A stretch of 46,920 nucleotides of DNA from Methanobacteriota archaeon (GCA_009937205.1 JAACCR010000065.1:1-46920); one strand, 5' to 3'. Counted from the first letter of the stretch, positions 26,997 to 37,775 are shown. Numbers and translations: made by a program. The notes: a model not told the origin generated them from the letters alone.

Positions 26997-27269
26997 ATGG
27001 GTATGGTAGTAATGACCTACAAGGTCAATCCTGATTCAGAAGTAGAGCAAGTTGATGCTGATGGTATCGCTGCACAAATCATTAATATGGCTACTGAAAT
27101 CTATGATGTTCAAAAAGTAGAGGTAAAACCTCTTGCTTTCGGTCTAAAGTTCGTTCAAGTTCATGTTACAATGAACGACGGTGAAGGACTTGCAGATGCC
27201 TTTGAAGGACAAATGTCCGAAATTCATGGCGTTGGAGAAATTGAAGTCCTATCAATGGGACTAATTTGA
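26997..27269 (+). CDS. ef1b: Translation elongation factor aEF-1beta
   Basis: MGMVVMTYKVNP, KPLAFGLK, acidic composition; GAGGTGA SD. Confidence 0.95.
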   Translation: MGMVVMTYKVNPDSEVEQVDADGIAAQIINMATEIYDVQKVEVKPLAFGLKFVQVHVTMNDGEGLADAFEGQMSEIHGVGEIEVLSMGLI

Positions 27270-27444
27270 GTAAATTCTTTCTCAAACCAATTTTATGAGG
27301 TTTTACCCGTCATTCATTCTTCTTCAATTAGGAGTTCGGTTTGGTCTTTAGCAACCTTCACCTTACCTTGCCATTTATGATAACTACAATATTGCCCTTC
27401 TTTCTTGACACCCCGATTCGTACGTAATGTCGTGAAGGACGGAC

Positions 27445-27597
27445 TTAGTCGAGAGTTGAATACTCACAATTGGAACAGTCTTCGTTACCTGCATCATCAA
27501 CCTCAAGAGATTTCTGGCCACAGTATGGACAAGTTTCTTTATCATTATCTCCGTAGAAAAACTTCCAAGCATCTTCGGCTACTCTACCTTTTACCAT
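27445..27597 (-). CDS. 50-aa zinc-ribbon microprotein (below ORF-track cutoff)
   Basis: Translates to MVKGRVAEDAWKFFYGDNDKETCPYCGQKSLEVDDAGNEDCSNCEYSTLD*, with CPYCG and CSNC. Confidence 0.65.
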   Translation of the reverse strand: MVKGRVAEDAWKFFYGDNDKETCPYCGQKSLEVDDAGNEDCSNCEYSTLD

Positions 27598-27712
27598 AAA
27601 TTCGGTTAGAAATGCTATTATTTGTCACTTTCGGAGTTTTTGAGCAATACATTTAGTCTCTTCACATGGTATTAGTGCCATGAAGATTCCTTACTGTGAA
27701 TAATATATCAAG

Positions 27713-27880
27713 ATGACGGAAACAGTTCGTCTCTTGTTCCCCATGTTCCAAGTCGGACAAACGCTTTCCAAAGTTTACTCGCTACGGGTGCTACTTCATT
27801 CGTGGATTTTCTGCTTTGAAATGGGTCTTTTGACAGCGCTGTATCTTGTTGCGACTGGTTGGTTCGCCAGCATTTTCTGA
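27713..27880 (+). CDS. Possible 55-aa hydrophobic microprotein
   Basis: MTETVRLLFPMFQVGQTLSKVYSLRVLLHSWIFCFEMGLLTALYLVATGWFASIF*, followed by a T9 run. No recognised family. Confidence 0.3.
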   Translation: MTETVRLLFPMFQVGQTLSKVYSLRVLLHSWIFCFEMGLLTALYLVATGWFASIF

Positions 27881-27904
27881 TTTCCATCTATTAGATCAGC
27901 ACTG

Positions 27905-27913
27905 TTTTTTTTT
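27905..27913 (+). terminator. Oligo-T tract, possible archaeal terminator
   Basis: Nine consecutive T, 24 nt after the 27713-27880 ORF. Confidence 0.3.
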
Positions 27914-27955
27914 AATTAACAGTACTTACTTTGCATAATTATTCTATTCACTTAC

Positions 27956-29356
27956 TCAAATTTGAGAAAGTGGGCATTGCATGAATTCTCTTAGTAAAGT
28001 TGTAGCATAGCTTCCAGATGAAAGCGTGAAACGGAATCGGATACAAGCACCTTCGGGGTGCCACCGGCTATTATCTCCTGGACCGGCCTTCCACTTCTCA
28101 CCCATTGTGTCATCAGATGCGATAGGAACTGTATCAACGCTAAATTCACTATAGCCTGTTACTAAGGCTCGGCGTGTTCCCTTTGATGAAAGTCTTGAAA
28201 CCGCTTCAACATTCCAGGAAATATCTTGCAGATTCATTTCTTCTATTGCAGCCATTTCAATTTTACCTGCTTCACCTTGACAAGTTTTGATAATACTACC
28301 CGGCAACGGCCCAGTAGGAGTCAATCTTCCCAATTGGCAATTTCTTGTGATACGAGGCAAGGTTCTCTCTTCTATTATTACGCAACTTTTTGCATTAAGT
28401 TGCCCTTTTTCATCAATTCTTCCAACCAAGTCTCCAGCGATGGGTAAAGATATTGGCAAACCAGCCTTTATTCTTCCATTTAGGGATTTGTTGAAAATTA
28501 CAGATTGAATTGCATGGACGGTCATCAATTGCAAATTAGTTGGAAGTTTTTTGAAAGACCCTACCCAATCTTCTGGATACTTTACAATATGTTCGAGCAT
28601 TTTTCTCTCAAAACCTAACCATTTCGGCATATCTATCAGCGCTTCTGCATTAGGGCCATTGGTTCTGATATTTTCTCTAAAGTCAGCAACGTCAGCACTT
28701 TCATTGAATCCTGGCATCGAGAGGTAAGCCATGACTGCATCTTTCCACTGTTCATTGACAACAAATTTTCCAACTTCAGCAGTTACTGGGCGGCCAGAAC
28801 CAAATCTCTGAGGTCCGATCCAATTTGGGAATAAATCAGGTCCAATATTTTCAGCCATCTCATTTTTGATAATCTCAATTTCACCGAGTGCATCTTTTTC
28901 ACTCATTGGGCTTCCATCAGGATTAGAACAACCCCTGACTACTATAGTGAAGCGATTTCCTTTGTGATTACCCAAGCCAATTTTTTGATGAGTTCTACCT
29001 AATACCTGGATTGACACATCAGGTATCACTAAGTCAGCTACCTTCTTTTGAGGGGCATCAATAACAAATAATTGGCTGGTAACAGCTCTTTTGTCTTTAG
29101 TTCCAGCGAAAAAGATTCTATTGCGGGGAATTTTTAGTTCTCTAGCAAGATTTGTACAGAAGCGATTTGTCTCCCAGTTTGTCAAAGTGACTTTTGCAAC
29201 TGTGAATCTACCCTTGTTGTCTAATTTAATGCTAGTCGATATCTCGTCAACTCTAAAATCGCTGACTCTAGCTTTAAGAACGCCACCAATTCCAGAGGTT
29301 TTTGTAGCAAATCCCTCTAGTCCAATGGCTTGGGCCAATGGATCTTTATCGCTCAA
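27956..29356 (-). CDS. truD: tRNA pseudouridine(13) synthase
   Basis: DFRVDEI, FAGTKDKRAVTSQ, GNRFTIVVR, PNWIGPQRFG, GSYATTLLREFM. TTG start after GAGGTGG SD. Confidence 0.96.
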   Translation of the reverse strand: MSDKDPLAQAIGLEGFATKTSGIGGVLKARVSDFRVDEISTSIKLDNKGRFTVAKVTLTNWETNRFCTNLARELKIPRNRIFFAGTKDKRAVTSQLFVIDAPQKKVADLVIPDVSIQVLGRTHQKIGLGNHKGNRFTIVVRGCSNPDGSPMSEKDALGEIEIIKNEMAENIGPDLFPNWIGPQRFGSGRPVTAEVGKFVVNEQWKDAVMAYLSMPGFNESADVADFRENIRTNGPNAEALIDMPKWLGFERKMLEHIVKYPEDWVGSFKKLPTNLQLMTVHAIQSVIFNKSLNGRIKAGLPISLPIAGDLVGRIDEKGQLNAKSCVIIEERTLPRITRNCQLGRLTPTGPLPGSIIKTCQGEAGKIEMAAIEEMNLQDISWNVEAVSRLSSKGTRRALVTGYSEFSVDTVPIASDDTMGEKWKAGPGDNSRWHPEGACIRFRFTLSSGSYATTLLREFMQCPLSQI

Positions 29357-29369
29357 AAAACCACCTCAC

Positions 29370-29627
29370 TTAGAGGTTTAATGAATCATATTCACTAGAT
29401 AGAGATTTAACAATCTCTTTGAGAATCTTTTCTGCATCATTCTTTCCAGTTGTGCGGATGTAGAATTCTGGGTCATCCAATTGCGGGTGACCTGGGAAGT
29501 AGTTTGCATATTCGACTTTGTCGTGACTGTTAATTCGTTCACGTAGCATTTGTAGAGCAGTATGGCTCTCTCCAATGATACGAAGTCGCAGTTCATTTTT
29601 TTCGCGGAGTAGTAACTTAACCGGCAT
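29370..29627 (-). CDS. rpoL: RNA polymerase subunit L (Rpo11)
   Basis: GESHT....LR.......VEYANY...HP pattern and appropriate length. Confidence 0.9.
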   Translation of the reverse strand: MPVKLLLREKNELRLRIIGESHTALQMLRERINSHDKVEYANYFPGHPQLDDPEFYIRTTGKNDAEKILKEIVKSLSSEYDSLNL

Positions 29628-29806
29628 GATAACCAATCCGGCCTACGAGGCTTCTCCTTTGAACCTTGTGGATTGAATGATGCTCAAACAATTCAGATTT
29701 TAACCATCATTTTTGAATATTGAATTAATTAGAAATGGTCAAAAACAATTGTTTCAATAATCTTGCCACCATCTCTCTTTTGAACCCTCATGCTTTGGAC
29801 GATTCA

Positions 29807-32374
29807 ATGGATACTGATGAGATGGAGGCAAAAGTGGCGAGCGTGTCACATTATTTCCGTCGCAGTGCGATTCCATTTTTGGTCGTAGCAGGTCTACTTA
29901 CAATAGCATTAGCAACTAACTTGGTTCTTTCTCCACCGACTTTTAAAACCGATTTATCTGAGTTCGCACCAGATTCTGAAGGCCAAGATGCGCATAATAG
30001 AATCCATGCTTTTTTCCCCAATGAAACCAGACCATTATTTGTCCACGTGACAGTTGATGATGGAGGTAATATTCTCGCTCTTGAGAATCTTAAATTAATG
30101 GCCCAGCATTTAGATCTGTTACAAAATAATAATTCACTCATTGACAATAAAATTCCAGTATGGACCACCGCTCCTAGTATTATTCAAATAAGCCTAAATG
30201 AAGAAGCAAATGGAACTAAGTTAGCAGATATTGAAAGTTGGAATAATATGGTTGACCTAATCGTAGAAGATGATATCGAATGTCGGCTTACTTCAGATGA
30301 CCAATTGTTAAGTGCTGCAACCTATGCATCTTCGGCATTATTACATCAGGATTTAGATATTTCACCCACCTGCTCATATCTCGATGATGGTAGCGGAGAC
30401 GCAACACCAACAGCCTCATCCACATTATGGGTGCTGGAAATCGATCCCGATATGCCATCTCAGCATAGGAAAATATTTCAGGACCAAATAAGAGATGAGT
30501 TTGCACTATTAAGCGACAACTCAGAATTAACCTATAGCGTAGTTAGTCTTGATTTGATTTCTCATGATATTGATAAAGGAACATTTGATAATTTAGCAAC
30601 CTTGATTATTTTGGCATTATTGGTTGTAATAATATTGTTGTCGATAGCGTTTAGGTCTATTAGAGGAGTCATATTCCCGCTTATTGGATTATCTTCGGCA
30701 TTGATATGGACCTACGGTACACTCAATATTATGGGTGCGCAATTTAGCGCACTCGAAGTTGCAGTAGCGCCTCTAGTTTTGGGATTGGGTATAGATTATG
30801 CAATACATTTGCAAAGAGCATATGTTGCGATTCGTGAGGATTATCCTGACCCAGCAGAAGCATGGGCTCGTGCTGGTACTAGGCTAAGTGTGCCGTTGCT
30901 ATTGGCAGTAATTACTACCGTCGCTGCATTCCTAGCAAATATGATTTCACCTTTACCACCTCTAGCAACATTTGGTTTGGCATTGGCAATAGGAGTGGTA
31001 TGTGCATTCTTATCCGCCACCCTAATCGTCGGTTCCTTACACATTATTTTTGACGCACCTTTGAGGGACGCATCCAAGCATTCTATTCGCTTGCCTCGTG
31101 CCACAAATATCTTAGTAAGGATTCATCAGAAGAACCAAGTTCCTGTTCTTTCAGTTGCAATTATCATTTCAGGTTTGTCCATAGCAGGTGCATCCACCTT
31201 AGAAACAGATTTTGACCTAGCCGATTTCATTGATTCAGATATGCCGATAATGTCTGTTAGAGATGAATTATCAACATCATATGATAGCGCTGGATGGAAG
31301 ATGGTTTACATCTTAATGGAACCGTTGGAAGGAGAGAATGTAATACCCGATGATGAGATTCTATTAAATCAAATGAGAGGTTTACACGCAGATTTAGAAT
31401 CCAACCATGATGTGGTGGGCACAGATGGAAAAACATCTTCACCTTCTTATGATGGGCCATATGTGGTGCTAAGAGATGCTATTTTGAGAGATTCAAACTT
31501 TGGTGAAGCCTACAACATGGAAGTCTTTGGAGGCGAGGTATACATGAAAGATCATAATGGTGAACTTGATTTGGGGGCTGCATTTTCAAATCTTTCAATC
31601 AATCAATCCATAGCCGATGCTTTGAGTGGTGAAACTTGGTTAGAGCGAATACAGAATACCGTTAATCTTCAAGGCGAGGATATCATTCATCTAAGGAATG
31701 AAGTTCGCGTAGAAGCAGCCACATCATCACAGTCAAAGAGAGTAGTAGATAATTTTGAGAATATGCTCGGTTCTGAGGACGAAAGTGGAACACTTCGTTC
31801 TAGTCTTAGTGGACATGGCCAAATTTACATCACAGGAGATTTGGTAATTTTACAGACAGTATTAGAGGGGCTAAGTGAAAGTCAATTAGAATCAACCTTG
31901 ATATCCTTGATAGTATCATGTGCTGTATTATTGATATTGACTAGAAGAATACTGCCAGCGATAATCGTTCTATTCCCAGTTGGGTTGTCATCATTGTGGG
32001 TAGTAGGTTCAATGGCCGCTCTTGGCTTGAAATGGAATGTGCTAACAGTAATGGTTACTGCCTTGACATTGGGTATTGGAATTGACTATTCAATACATAT
32101 GTGGCGTCGTATTGAAGTTGAATTAAAACGCCAAGAGAATCACTGGGAAGCTTTACGTGCAGCATTATCGACTACAGGAGTTGCATTGATTCTGAGTGCA
32201 TTGACAACTGCCTTTGGTTTCTTAGTGCTATTGTTTTCACCTATGCCGGTGATAAAGGATTTCGGATTGATTACAGCCGTAACAGTGTTCTTTTCCCTTA
32301 TCCTTGCTCTTATTCTATTACCAGTTCTTGTTGAAATGGTTGAGCGTAGTAAAGAAATCGAAAGGATATCTTAA
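29807..32374 (+). CDS. MMPL/RND family transporter
   Basis: Two TM repeats with GLGIDYAIH and GIGIDYSIH. Start placed at ATG 29807 (ORF open from 29735). Confidence 0.92.
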   Translation: MDTDEMEAKVASVSHYFRRSAIPFLVVAGLLTIALATNLVLSPPTFKTDLSEFAPDSEGQDAHNRIHAFFPNETRPLFVHVTVDDGGNILALENLKLMAQHLDLLQNNNSLIDNKIPVWTTAPSIIQISLNEEANGTKLADIESWNNMVDLIVEDDIECRLTSDDQLLSAATYASSALLHQDLDISPTCSYLDDGSGDATPTASSTLWVLEIDPDMPSQHRKIFQDQIRDEFALLSDNSELTYSVVSLDLISHDIDKGTFDNLATLIILALLVVIILLSIAFRSIRGVIFPLIGLSSALIWTYGTLNIMGAQFSALEVAVAPLVLGLGIDYAIHLQRAYVAIREDYPDPAEAWARAGTRLSVPLLLAVITTVAAFLANMISPLPPLATFGLALAIGVVCAFLSATLIVGSLHIIFDAPLRDASKHSIRLPRATNILVRIHQKNQVPVLSVAIIISGLSIAGASTLETDFDLADFIDSDMPIMSVRDELSTSYDSAGWKMVYILMEPLEGENVIPDDEILLNQMRGLHADLESNHDVVGTDGKTSSPSYDGPYVVLRDAILRDSNFGEAYNMEVFGGEVYMKDHNGELDLGAAFSNLSINQSIADALSGETWLERIQNTVNLQGEDIIHLRNEVRVEAATSSQSKRVVDNFENMLGSEDESGTLRSSLSGHGQIYITGDLVILQTVLEGLSESQLESTLISLIVSCAVLLILTRRILPAIIVLFPVGLSSLWVVGSMAALGLKWNVLTVMVTALTLGIGIDYSIHMWRRIEVELKRQENHWEALRAALSTTGVALILSALTTAFGFLVLLFSPMPVIKDFGLITAVTVFFSLILALILLPVLVEMVERSKEIERIS

Positions 32375-32378
32375 GCAC

Positions 32379-32972
32379 TTATCTGACAGCCAGGGCATCT
32401 ACTATCTCTTGCATTTGGAGACCTTGTTCTCTAGCTACGAGGGCTAGACACATCCAGTTGGTAGCAACTGCTAGGGACTTATGTTTCCTATTGGCTCTAC
32501 GTTCAACTTCTTCAACTTCAATTTTTGTAGTTTTAGCAATAAATTTAGTCAAGCGTTTGGTTAATTTAGCTCTTGGATCTGAATGATTTTCCTTTTGATT
32601 AATAATTTCTATTTTCTTAGTAGGGGTGGCATCAATTGTAATTACTTCCTCAACTAATTCAGAAACTACCGTTTCATTTGTTTCTTCGTTCAATTTTACT
32701 GAAACTGGATTTGTCAAACGGCTAGGGCGGGGAAACCATCCCAATGGGGCGGTGACTCCTGAAATATTGATGCTCGGGGTAAGAGCATTTTCTTCTCCGC
32801 ACAACCACCCGGCAGAGATTAAAGATTGAACTGCAATTTCAGCATCATCTGGAGATAGCCATTCCATGTCAAATGATAACATGCGTTCAACATCTATGGC
32901 ATCTAGTGGCTTTCCATCACGAAATCAAATAGCAAGAACTGTACGGATATCCCCAACATCCGCGTTCCCCAT
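32379..32972 (-). pseudogene. DUF2240-like protein with in-frame TGA at 32927-32925
   Basis: From ATG 32972: MGNADVGDIRTVLAI*FRDGKPLDAIDVERMLSFDMEWLSPDDAE...; the C-terminus has LALVAREQG. TTGAA lies 28 nt upstream of ATG 32972. The ORF track shows only the part after the stop. Confidence 0.75.
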
Positions 32973-33023
32973 AAGAACTACATGGAAAGCCGACATTCAA
33001 AAAGTTGAGGGATGGAAATTCAA

Positions 33024-36000
33024 TCATTCAATCCGAGTAAAAGATTTATCTTCATTCAATAACCATTTGCCGCACTTTTCTCCAATGTAATAAGTGGCGT
33101 CAGAAGTATATTCATAATCACCACCTCCTGGTAATCCATTCCAATCAACAACAATTGTTGAAATCGGCTGTGCTATCTCTTCAGAACTTGTTTCAGAAGT
33201 TTCCGTTGATTGTGGGATAAGTGAATCCAAAGCACCGAAATGTGCAGCAGCAGTAGCTTGTAAATCCACTTCAGGTTGTGTGTCCTGGTCTTGGCTAGGC
33301 TCTGCGCCTTCGACACTACTTGTGGCTAATTTAGAGACGCCAGGAGGGCCATTCTTCGGCTTTGGCTTACCAGGTGGACCATTCTTCGGTTTTTCCTTAC
33401 CAGGAGGGCCACCTGCTGGCTTAGTATTGTTTTCGATTGATGGTGGCTCACCTTTTGAGTTCTCATTTACAGATTGATGGGCCAGTTCATCAAGATCTGA
33501 ACTTCTCTTCTTGAGATACAACACAGCTCCAATTAGTGCAATGACTCCTCCACTTGAAAGTGCTATTAATGCGGTTGAAAAGCCCTGGTTTGCACCATTA
33601 TAATCCTTAGTCCAGATATTATTTTCTTCATCTAATTCCCAGATAAATTGTTCATCATCAACAGAGATAAGTAATGTCCATTCTCCATCAGGTACGGTAA
33701 TTCTAGAATTCATTGTAACTGCAGTATTTTCTCCTAGTTCGTTTAATAATTGGCGGGCTACAATGGTTTTCTCATCATCTTGAACGATGAAAATACTTAG
33801 ATTGAAAGGTTGTTGTATTCTTTCTCCAGCATTAATCAATTGCACTTTTAACGATAATTTAGACCCTGCCGATGTATCGCCAGATATTTTTATTTCTCCC
33901 AAGTCTAAGTCCGGTCCGATATTATTCAAAGTGCTTTCAAGCCACGGTGATAATTCACTATTTCCGTTTTCTGAATTAAGTTGCCATCCAGCATCATCGT
34001 AGCCATCTGCCCAGCAAGCAATTCGTGCTTGATTTGATAATAATGAAGGATCACCTAGACTGCTAAAGTCGAAATTGAATGCAAACATTGTTTTTCCGTC
34101 GAATATAGTGCTTGATTCTCTAGAAAGGGTGACCGGTTGCCAATTTTGTTCAGTTGATCTCACTTGACAAGTAAGAGATAAATTTGAACTCCAAGATTGA
34201 GGTTCATCCACATTTACACCGATTTCCACATTATTCAGGTGATACCTAGAAATTCCACTTGTCAATTGAGATTGTAAAATCATTGGCGGGTCAGCATCAA
34301 CAACGATATCTGGTAGGTCGATTTCAAGTAATTTCTCACTATCCAGTGGATCCCAAATACTAATTTTAGCATCATGGATTAGTCCGCTTTCAATTGGAGT
34401 TGAGAATGCTAATGATAATTGGCCATCAATGATATCAGCTGTCAATCCGCCCTGCCAGATTTCATTTTGTATTTTCCCAGACCAAAAAACACCCAACTGT
34501 CCATTGTAGTTTTTATCCGAAATGAGGTGTTTAACCGATGCCTCAATTTCAATCATATCGCCTGCCATTACCTTAGGATTGTCGCCAAGGGTTCCATTTA
34601 CAATCCCGCTTACATCCATTAAACTTTGAAATTGAACATCCAAGGCTCGCTCAAGAGACCATTGATTTTCCTGTGATTGACGAGTTGCACCATCATAATC
34701 GCGAACGATGACATCTAATTCACCACCTATCAACCCCGTTGTTGTTAATGTCCAATCAACCGTTGCCCACATTTCTACAGTCATTTCACCATTGGATATA
34801 GTTGCAATACAGTTTGAAGAATTAACCAACAATCTGCCATCAAGAGAACTACAAATTCCTTGATGTGGTAAATATTTGATACCAAGATTTGAATCTCCAC
34901 CCAATTCTATTTTGAATTCATTAAGGTCTTCCATTTCATTTGAATCGCTCGCAGTAATACTCCAACCGATTTGACGAGTAGGTTCAAGCCGTTGTCCAAT
35001 GTTGGTGATTATTTCACCAAGCGGGGTAATATCTGTGATAACTGCTTTTTGAGGGTCGCGACTAATCCACCAAGAAGTTCCATTATCTGCGGAAATATCT
35101 AGCAATGAATGGTTAGATACATCCGTTCCACTTAGCATGGTGCGAACAATCTGATGATCACCATTCCCCGAATCATTAACAGTCATATTCAGATACCAAA
35201 TATTGGCTGAATTTACAATAGAGAAATTACGTTGTTGATATTCACCAATCTGGGCAATTCCATCCACTGGGTTGCCATCATAGCCATCATCTCTATCTTC
35301 AACCCACACTGACATTTGAGTTGTATTATTTGTGAATCCACCCACGTTGTAAATTTGTATACCGTACAAACGATTAGCATCTCGGTTGATATATCCCCCA
35401 TCAGTAATTGTGGTAGATAGCATTACTGGAACTTCAATATTTAGAATAAAATTATGTGGAGTCTCATTAACGTTCAGGATTAAATTATCCATAGTTGTTG
35501 CTTCAATCCAAATACTTGATTCTCCCGAGACATTTTCTGGAAGAGTATATTCAATATTTGTTTCTTGACCAATGTTGAGGGAGAACCATCCAGTTGTAGC
35601 ATTAGCCCAAACATCCTTGCCGTCTTCTGTTTGATTGAATTCTATAATATCCAAATGTACGCGTGCCTGTATAGATCCAGACAATAATTGAGTTCCAGAT
35701 GTTGTGAAATAATTCTCAACAACCAAATTTAGTTTGGTTAATTCTGGAACGATTTCATTTTCTTGAAGTGTGTAGTTACCTTGACTAGTAAAGTTTGCTG
35801 AAATAGATTTGATACTCACATCTACTTCTTTATCGATGGTAATAGGAGTTGCATGGGTATATGTTGTATTCCTCAATCCTACAGTTTGAACCCGCATTAG
35901 AATATAGTCTGTAGCGAGGCCCTCGGATAAGGAGAATTGCCAATCCATTGATTGACCATCTTGGTTACTCAAATTTTCTTGAACAGATGTCTGCGAAGAT

Positions 36001-37775
36001 ATCAGCATTGAATCGGCATCATTTACAGTAATGGAATTGCTATCCTCTGACCAAGTTATTGTGGTCCACTGTGATGCAGTTTCCTTGAACCCTTGAGAGT
36101 TGGCGGAGACAATTGATAATTGATATTGTGCCGAATTAGAATATGCGTGGTGATGTGTTGTGAAGGAAACTGGGGCAGCATTTGGATGCATCGTACTTGG
36201 TATTGGTGAAGTGATTGCAGCATTTTCACTGATTATTTCCACATTGTCCAAATCTGGAGTCGACCAATTTTGCATAGCACTGGTTGTATATTTTATTCTA
36301 TACTGCATAAAAGAAGTATCCTCGCTAAGATTGCTAAGTGAATGGTTTCCAATCCCAACAAATTCAGGAATACTTGCATTTGTTCCTACCGGTTGCCAGG
36401 CATTCATACCAACCGAAACTGCATCAGAGCCGGATTTGTACTGCATTTGTAAATCAGTGTCATCCGGGGCATTACCGTCCAATGTCATCCACATAGGAGT
36501 GGCAGTACCCTGCGGAGAATGTCTCAAATCAACAGGCAGTGAAGTAATCCATCCTTCATGTTCATTTGGATTTTCAAAATATTCAGTGTCTCCAAGATAA
36601 ATAGCATTCCATGTTGAAAATCTTGTGTTAGAAGTATCTCCTGTGGCGTACATGATTGTACCACTGCCAGAAGCTATAGTTGAATCATAAATTCCTATGG
36701 GGAATGTATGCAATAATCTCCAAGTTTGTTCTAGGGGGTGATATCCATACATTTTTTTGTTAGCAACTCCATTCCAAGTTTGGTCTTCGTAGCCCCCTAG
36801 CAGTACAATTTCATCATTGAATACAGTTGCAGCATGTGCGGCCAGTGAAATCGGTAAGTCACTCAAATTAGTCCAAATATCGGTTGCGGGGTCGTAAACT
36901 TCAGTACGGTTGGAATCAAGGATTTCAGAATAATTGGTAAGTGGATCTATTTCTGCTGAAACTCCTCCAAGGGCGTATAATTTTCCGTGAAAGGCGGTCA
37001 AAGTAAAAGAGTGTCTTACATAATTCATACTCGATAATTGGGTCCAATTATCGGTTACAGGGTCGTAACGCAATAAATTATCCGTAGTGTCATAACGATT
37101 CTGCCTATTGACTCCACCAGCGACATAGAGATACCCGTCGAGTGCATCAACTCCTGCTAATCCAACTTTTGCACCCGACGGCATTGGAGTCATCATTGTC
37201 CAATTTCCAGTATTCAAATCAAAACTTTGTAGCAGTCCTTGCGATCTTATTTCTGGGCTTGCTGTAGGGTGATAGTCTCCTGCCAGGTATAATTTGTCAC
37301 CGATTTGTGCGCAACCTGCATATTGTTGAGTTTGATTTAAAATTGTATTAGAAAAACTCCATGTTCCCGTTGAAATATCAAATATTTCTATAGCAGAAGT
37401 TGGTCCTTCATCGTTATTTACTGACGGATTTGGATCCATACGGCCACCCATTAACCAAATTTCGTTTGTTTGCTCAATATATTCGCTACACGCACCAGTA
37501 CGTGTGGACATTAATCCATTAGCATTTGTAGCTCCCCATTGAATATCTGGGCGAGTTAATTTTGCTTCCCCAGTAGCACTGATCACTGAAGTATTCTCAT
37601 GGAGAAAGCCATTAGTGGAGTTGAAATCATTATTCGAATGGGAAATAAATTTGGCCGATTCATCAACAGTAAATTGTGGATCATTTGATGTAATCATTGC
37701 AGACCAGGATGATGTTAGTAGTATGATTAATAGAATTAAAACAACACCATTTTGCCTAACTAAACGACTATCCAT
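33024..37775 (-). CDS. Giant cell-surface protein: signal peptide, Kelch beta-propeller, Ig-like repeats, CARDB domain, TM, Pro/Gly/Lys-rich tail
   Basis: Kelch GG repeats (IWLMGG, LYVAGG, LYALGG, IVLLGG; YDP..D.W); CARDB PDL...NAG...VD......ELDEENN; TM followed by KKR. Start placed at ATG 37775. Confidence 0.88.
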   Translation of the reverse strand: MDSRLVRQNGVVLILLIILLTSSWSAMITSNDPQFTVDESAKFISHSNNDFNSTNGFLHENTSVISATGEAKLTRPDIQWGATNANGLMSTRTGACSEYIEQTNEIWLMGGRMDPNPSVNNDEGPTSAIEIFDISTGTWSFSNTILNQTQQYAGCAQIGDKLYLAGDYHPTASPEIRSQGLLQSFDLNTGNWTMMTPMPSGAKVGLAGVDALDGYLYVAGGVNRQNRYDTTDNLLRYDPVTDNWTQLSSMNYVRHSFTLTAFHGKLYALGGVSAEIDPLTNYSEILDSNRTEVYDPATDIWTNLSDLPISLAAHAATVFNDEIVLLGGYEDQTWNGVANKKMYGYHPLEQTWRLLHTFPIGIYDSTIASGSGTIMYATGDTSNTRFSTWNAIYLGDTEYFENPNEHEGWITSLPVDLRHSPQGTATPMWMTLDGNAPDDTDLQMQYKSGSDAVSVGMNAWQPVGTNASIPEFVGIGNHSLSNLSEDTSFMQYRIKYTTSAMQNWSTPDLDNVEIISENAAITSPIPSTMHPNAAPVSFTTHHHAYSNSAQYQLSIVSANSQGFKETASQWTTITWSEDSNSITVNDADSMLISSQTSVQENLSNQDGQSMDWQFSLSEGLATDYILMRVQTVGLRNTTYTHATPITIDKEVDVSIKSISANFTSQGNYTLQENEIVPELTKLNLVVENYFTTSGTQLLSGSIQARVHLDIIEFNQTEDGKDVWANATTGWFSLNIGQETNIEYTLPENVSGESSIWIEATTMDNLILNVNETPHNFILNIEVPVMLSTTITDGGYINRDANRLYGIQIYNVGGFTNNTTQMSVWVEDRDDGYDGNPVDGIAQIGEYQQRNFSIVNSANIWYLNMTVNDSGNGDHQIVRTMLSGTDVSNHSLLDISADNGTSWWISRDPQKAVITDITPLGEIITNIGQRLEPTRQIGWSITASDSNEMEDLNEFKIELGGDSNLGIKYLPHQGICSSLDGRLLVNSSNCIATISNGEMTVEMWATVDWTLTTTGLIGGELDVIVRDYDGATRQSQENQWSLERALDVQFQSLMDVSGIVNGTLGDNPKVMAGDMIEIEASVKHLISDKNYNGQLGVFWSGKIQNEIWQGGLTADIIDGQLSLAFSTPIESGLIHDAKISIWDPLDSEKLLEIDLPDIVVDADPPMILQSQLTSGISRYHLNNVEIGVNVDEPQSWSSNLSLTCQVRSTEQNWQPVTLSRESSTIFDGKTMFAFNFDFSSLGDPSLLSNQARIACWADGYDDAGWQLNSENGNSELSPWLESTLNNIGPDLDLGEIKISGDTSAGSKLSLKVQLINAGERIQQPFNLSIFIVQDDEKTIVARQLLNELGENTAVTMNSRITVPDGEWTLLISVDDEQFIWELDEENNIWTKDYNGANQGFSTALIALSSGGVIALIGAVLYLKKRSSDLDELAHQSVNENSKGEPPSIENNTKPAGGPPGKEKPKNGPPGKPKPKNGPPGVSKLATSSVEGAEPSQDQDTQPEVDLQATAAAHFGALDSLIPQSTETSETSSEEIAQPISTIVVDWNGLPGGGDYEYTSDATYYIGEKCGKWLLNEDKSFTRIE
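33341..33411. repeat. 30-bp imperfect coding tandem repeat, about 2.4 copies (GPPGK.KPKN)
   Basis: caggagggccattcttcggctttggcttac / caggtggaccattcttcggtttttccttac / caggagggcca. Confidence 0.8.

Noticed and set aside
27384..27599. Track ORFs 27384-27572 (-) and 27405-27599 (+)
   Set aside because: A different frame (27597-27445) gives a coherent zinc ribbon; these two lack motifs. Ribosomal protein L21e, sometimes found near ef1b, could not be read in the frames checked.
33341..33411. CRISPR-like 30-bp periodicity
   Set aside because: In-frame coding repeat with no spacers and no cas genes.
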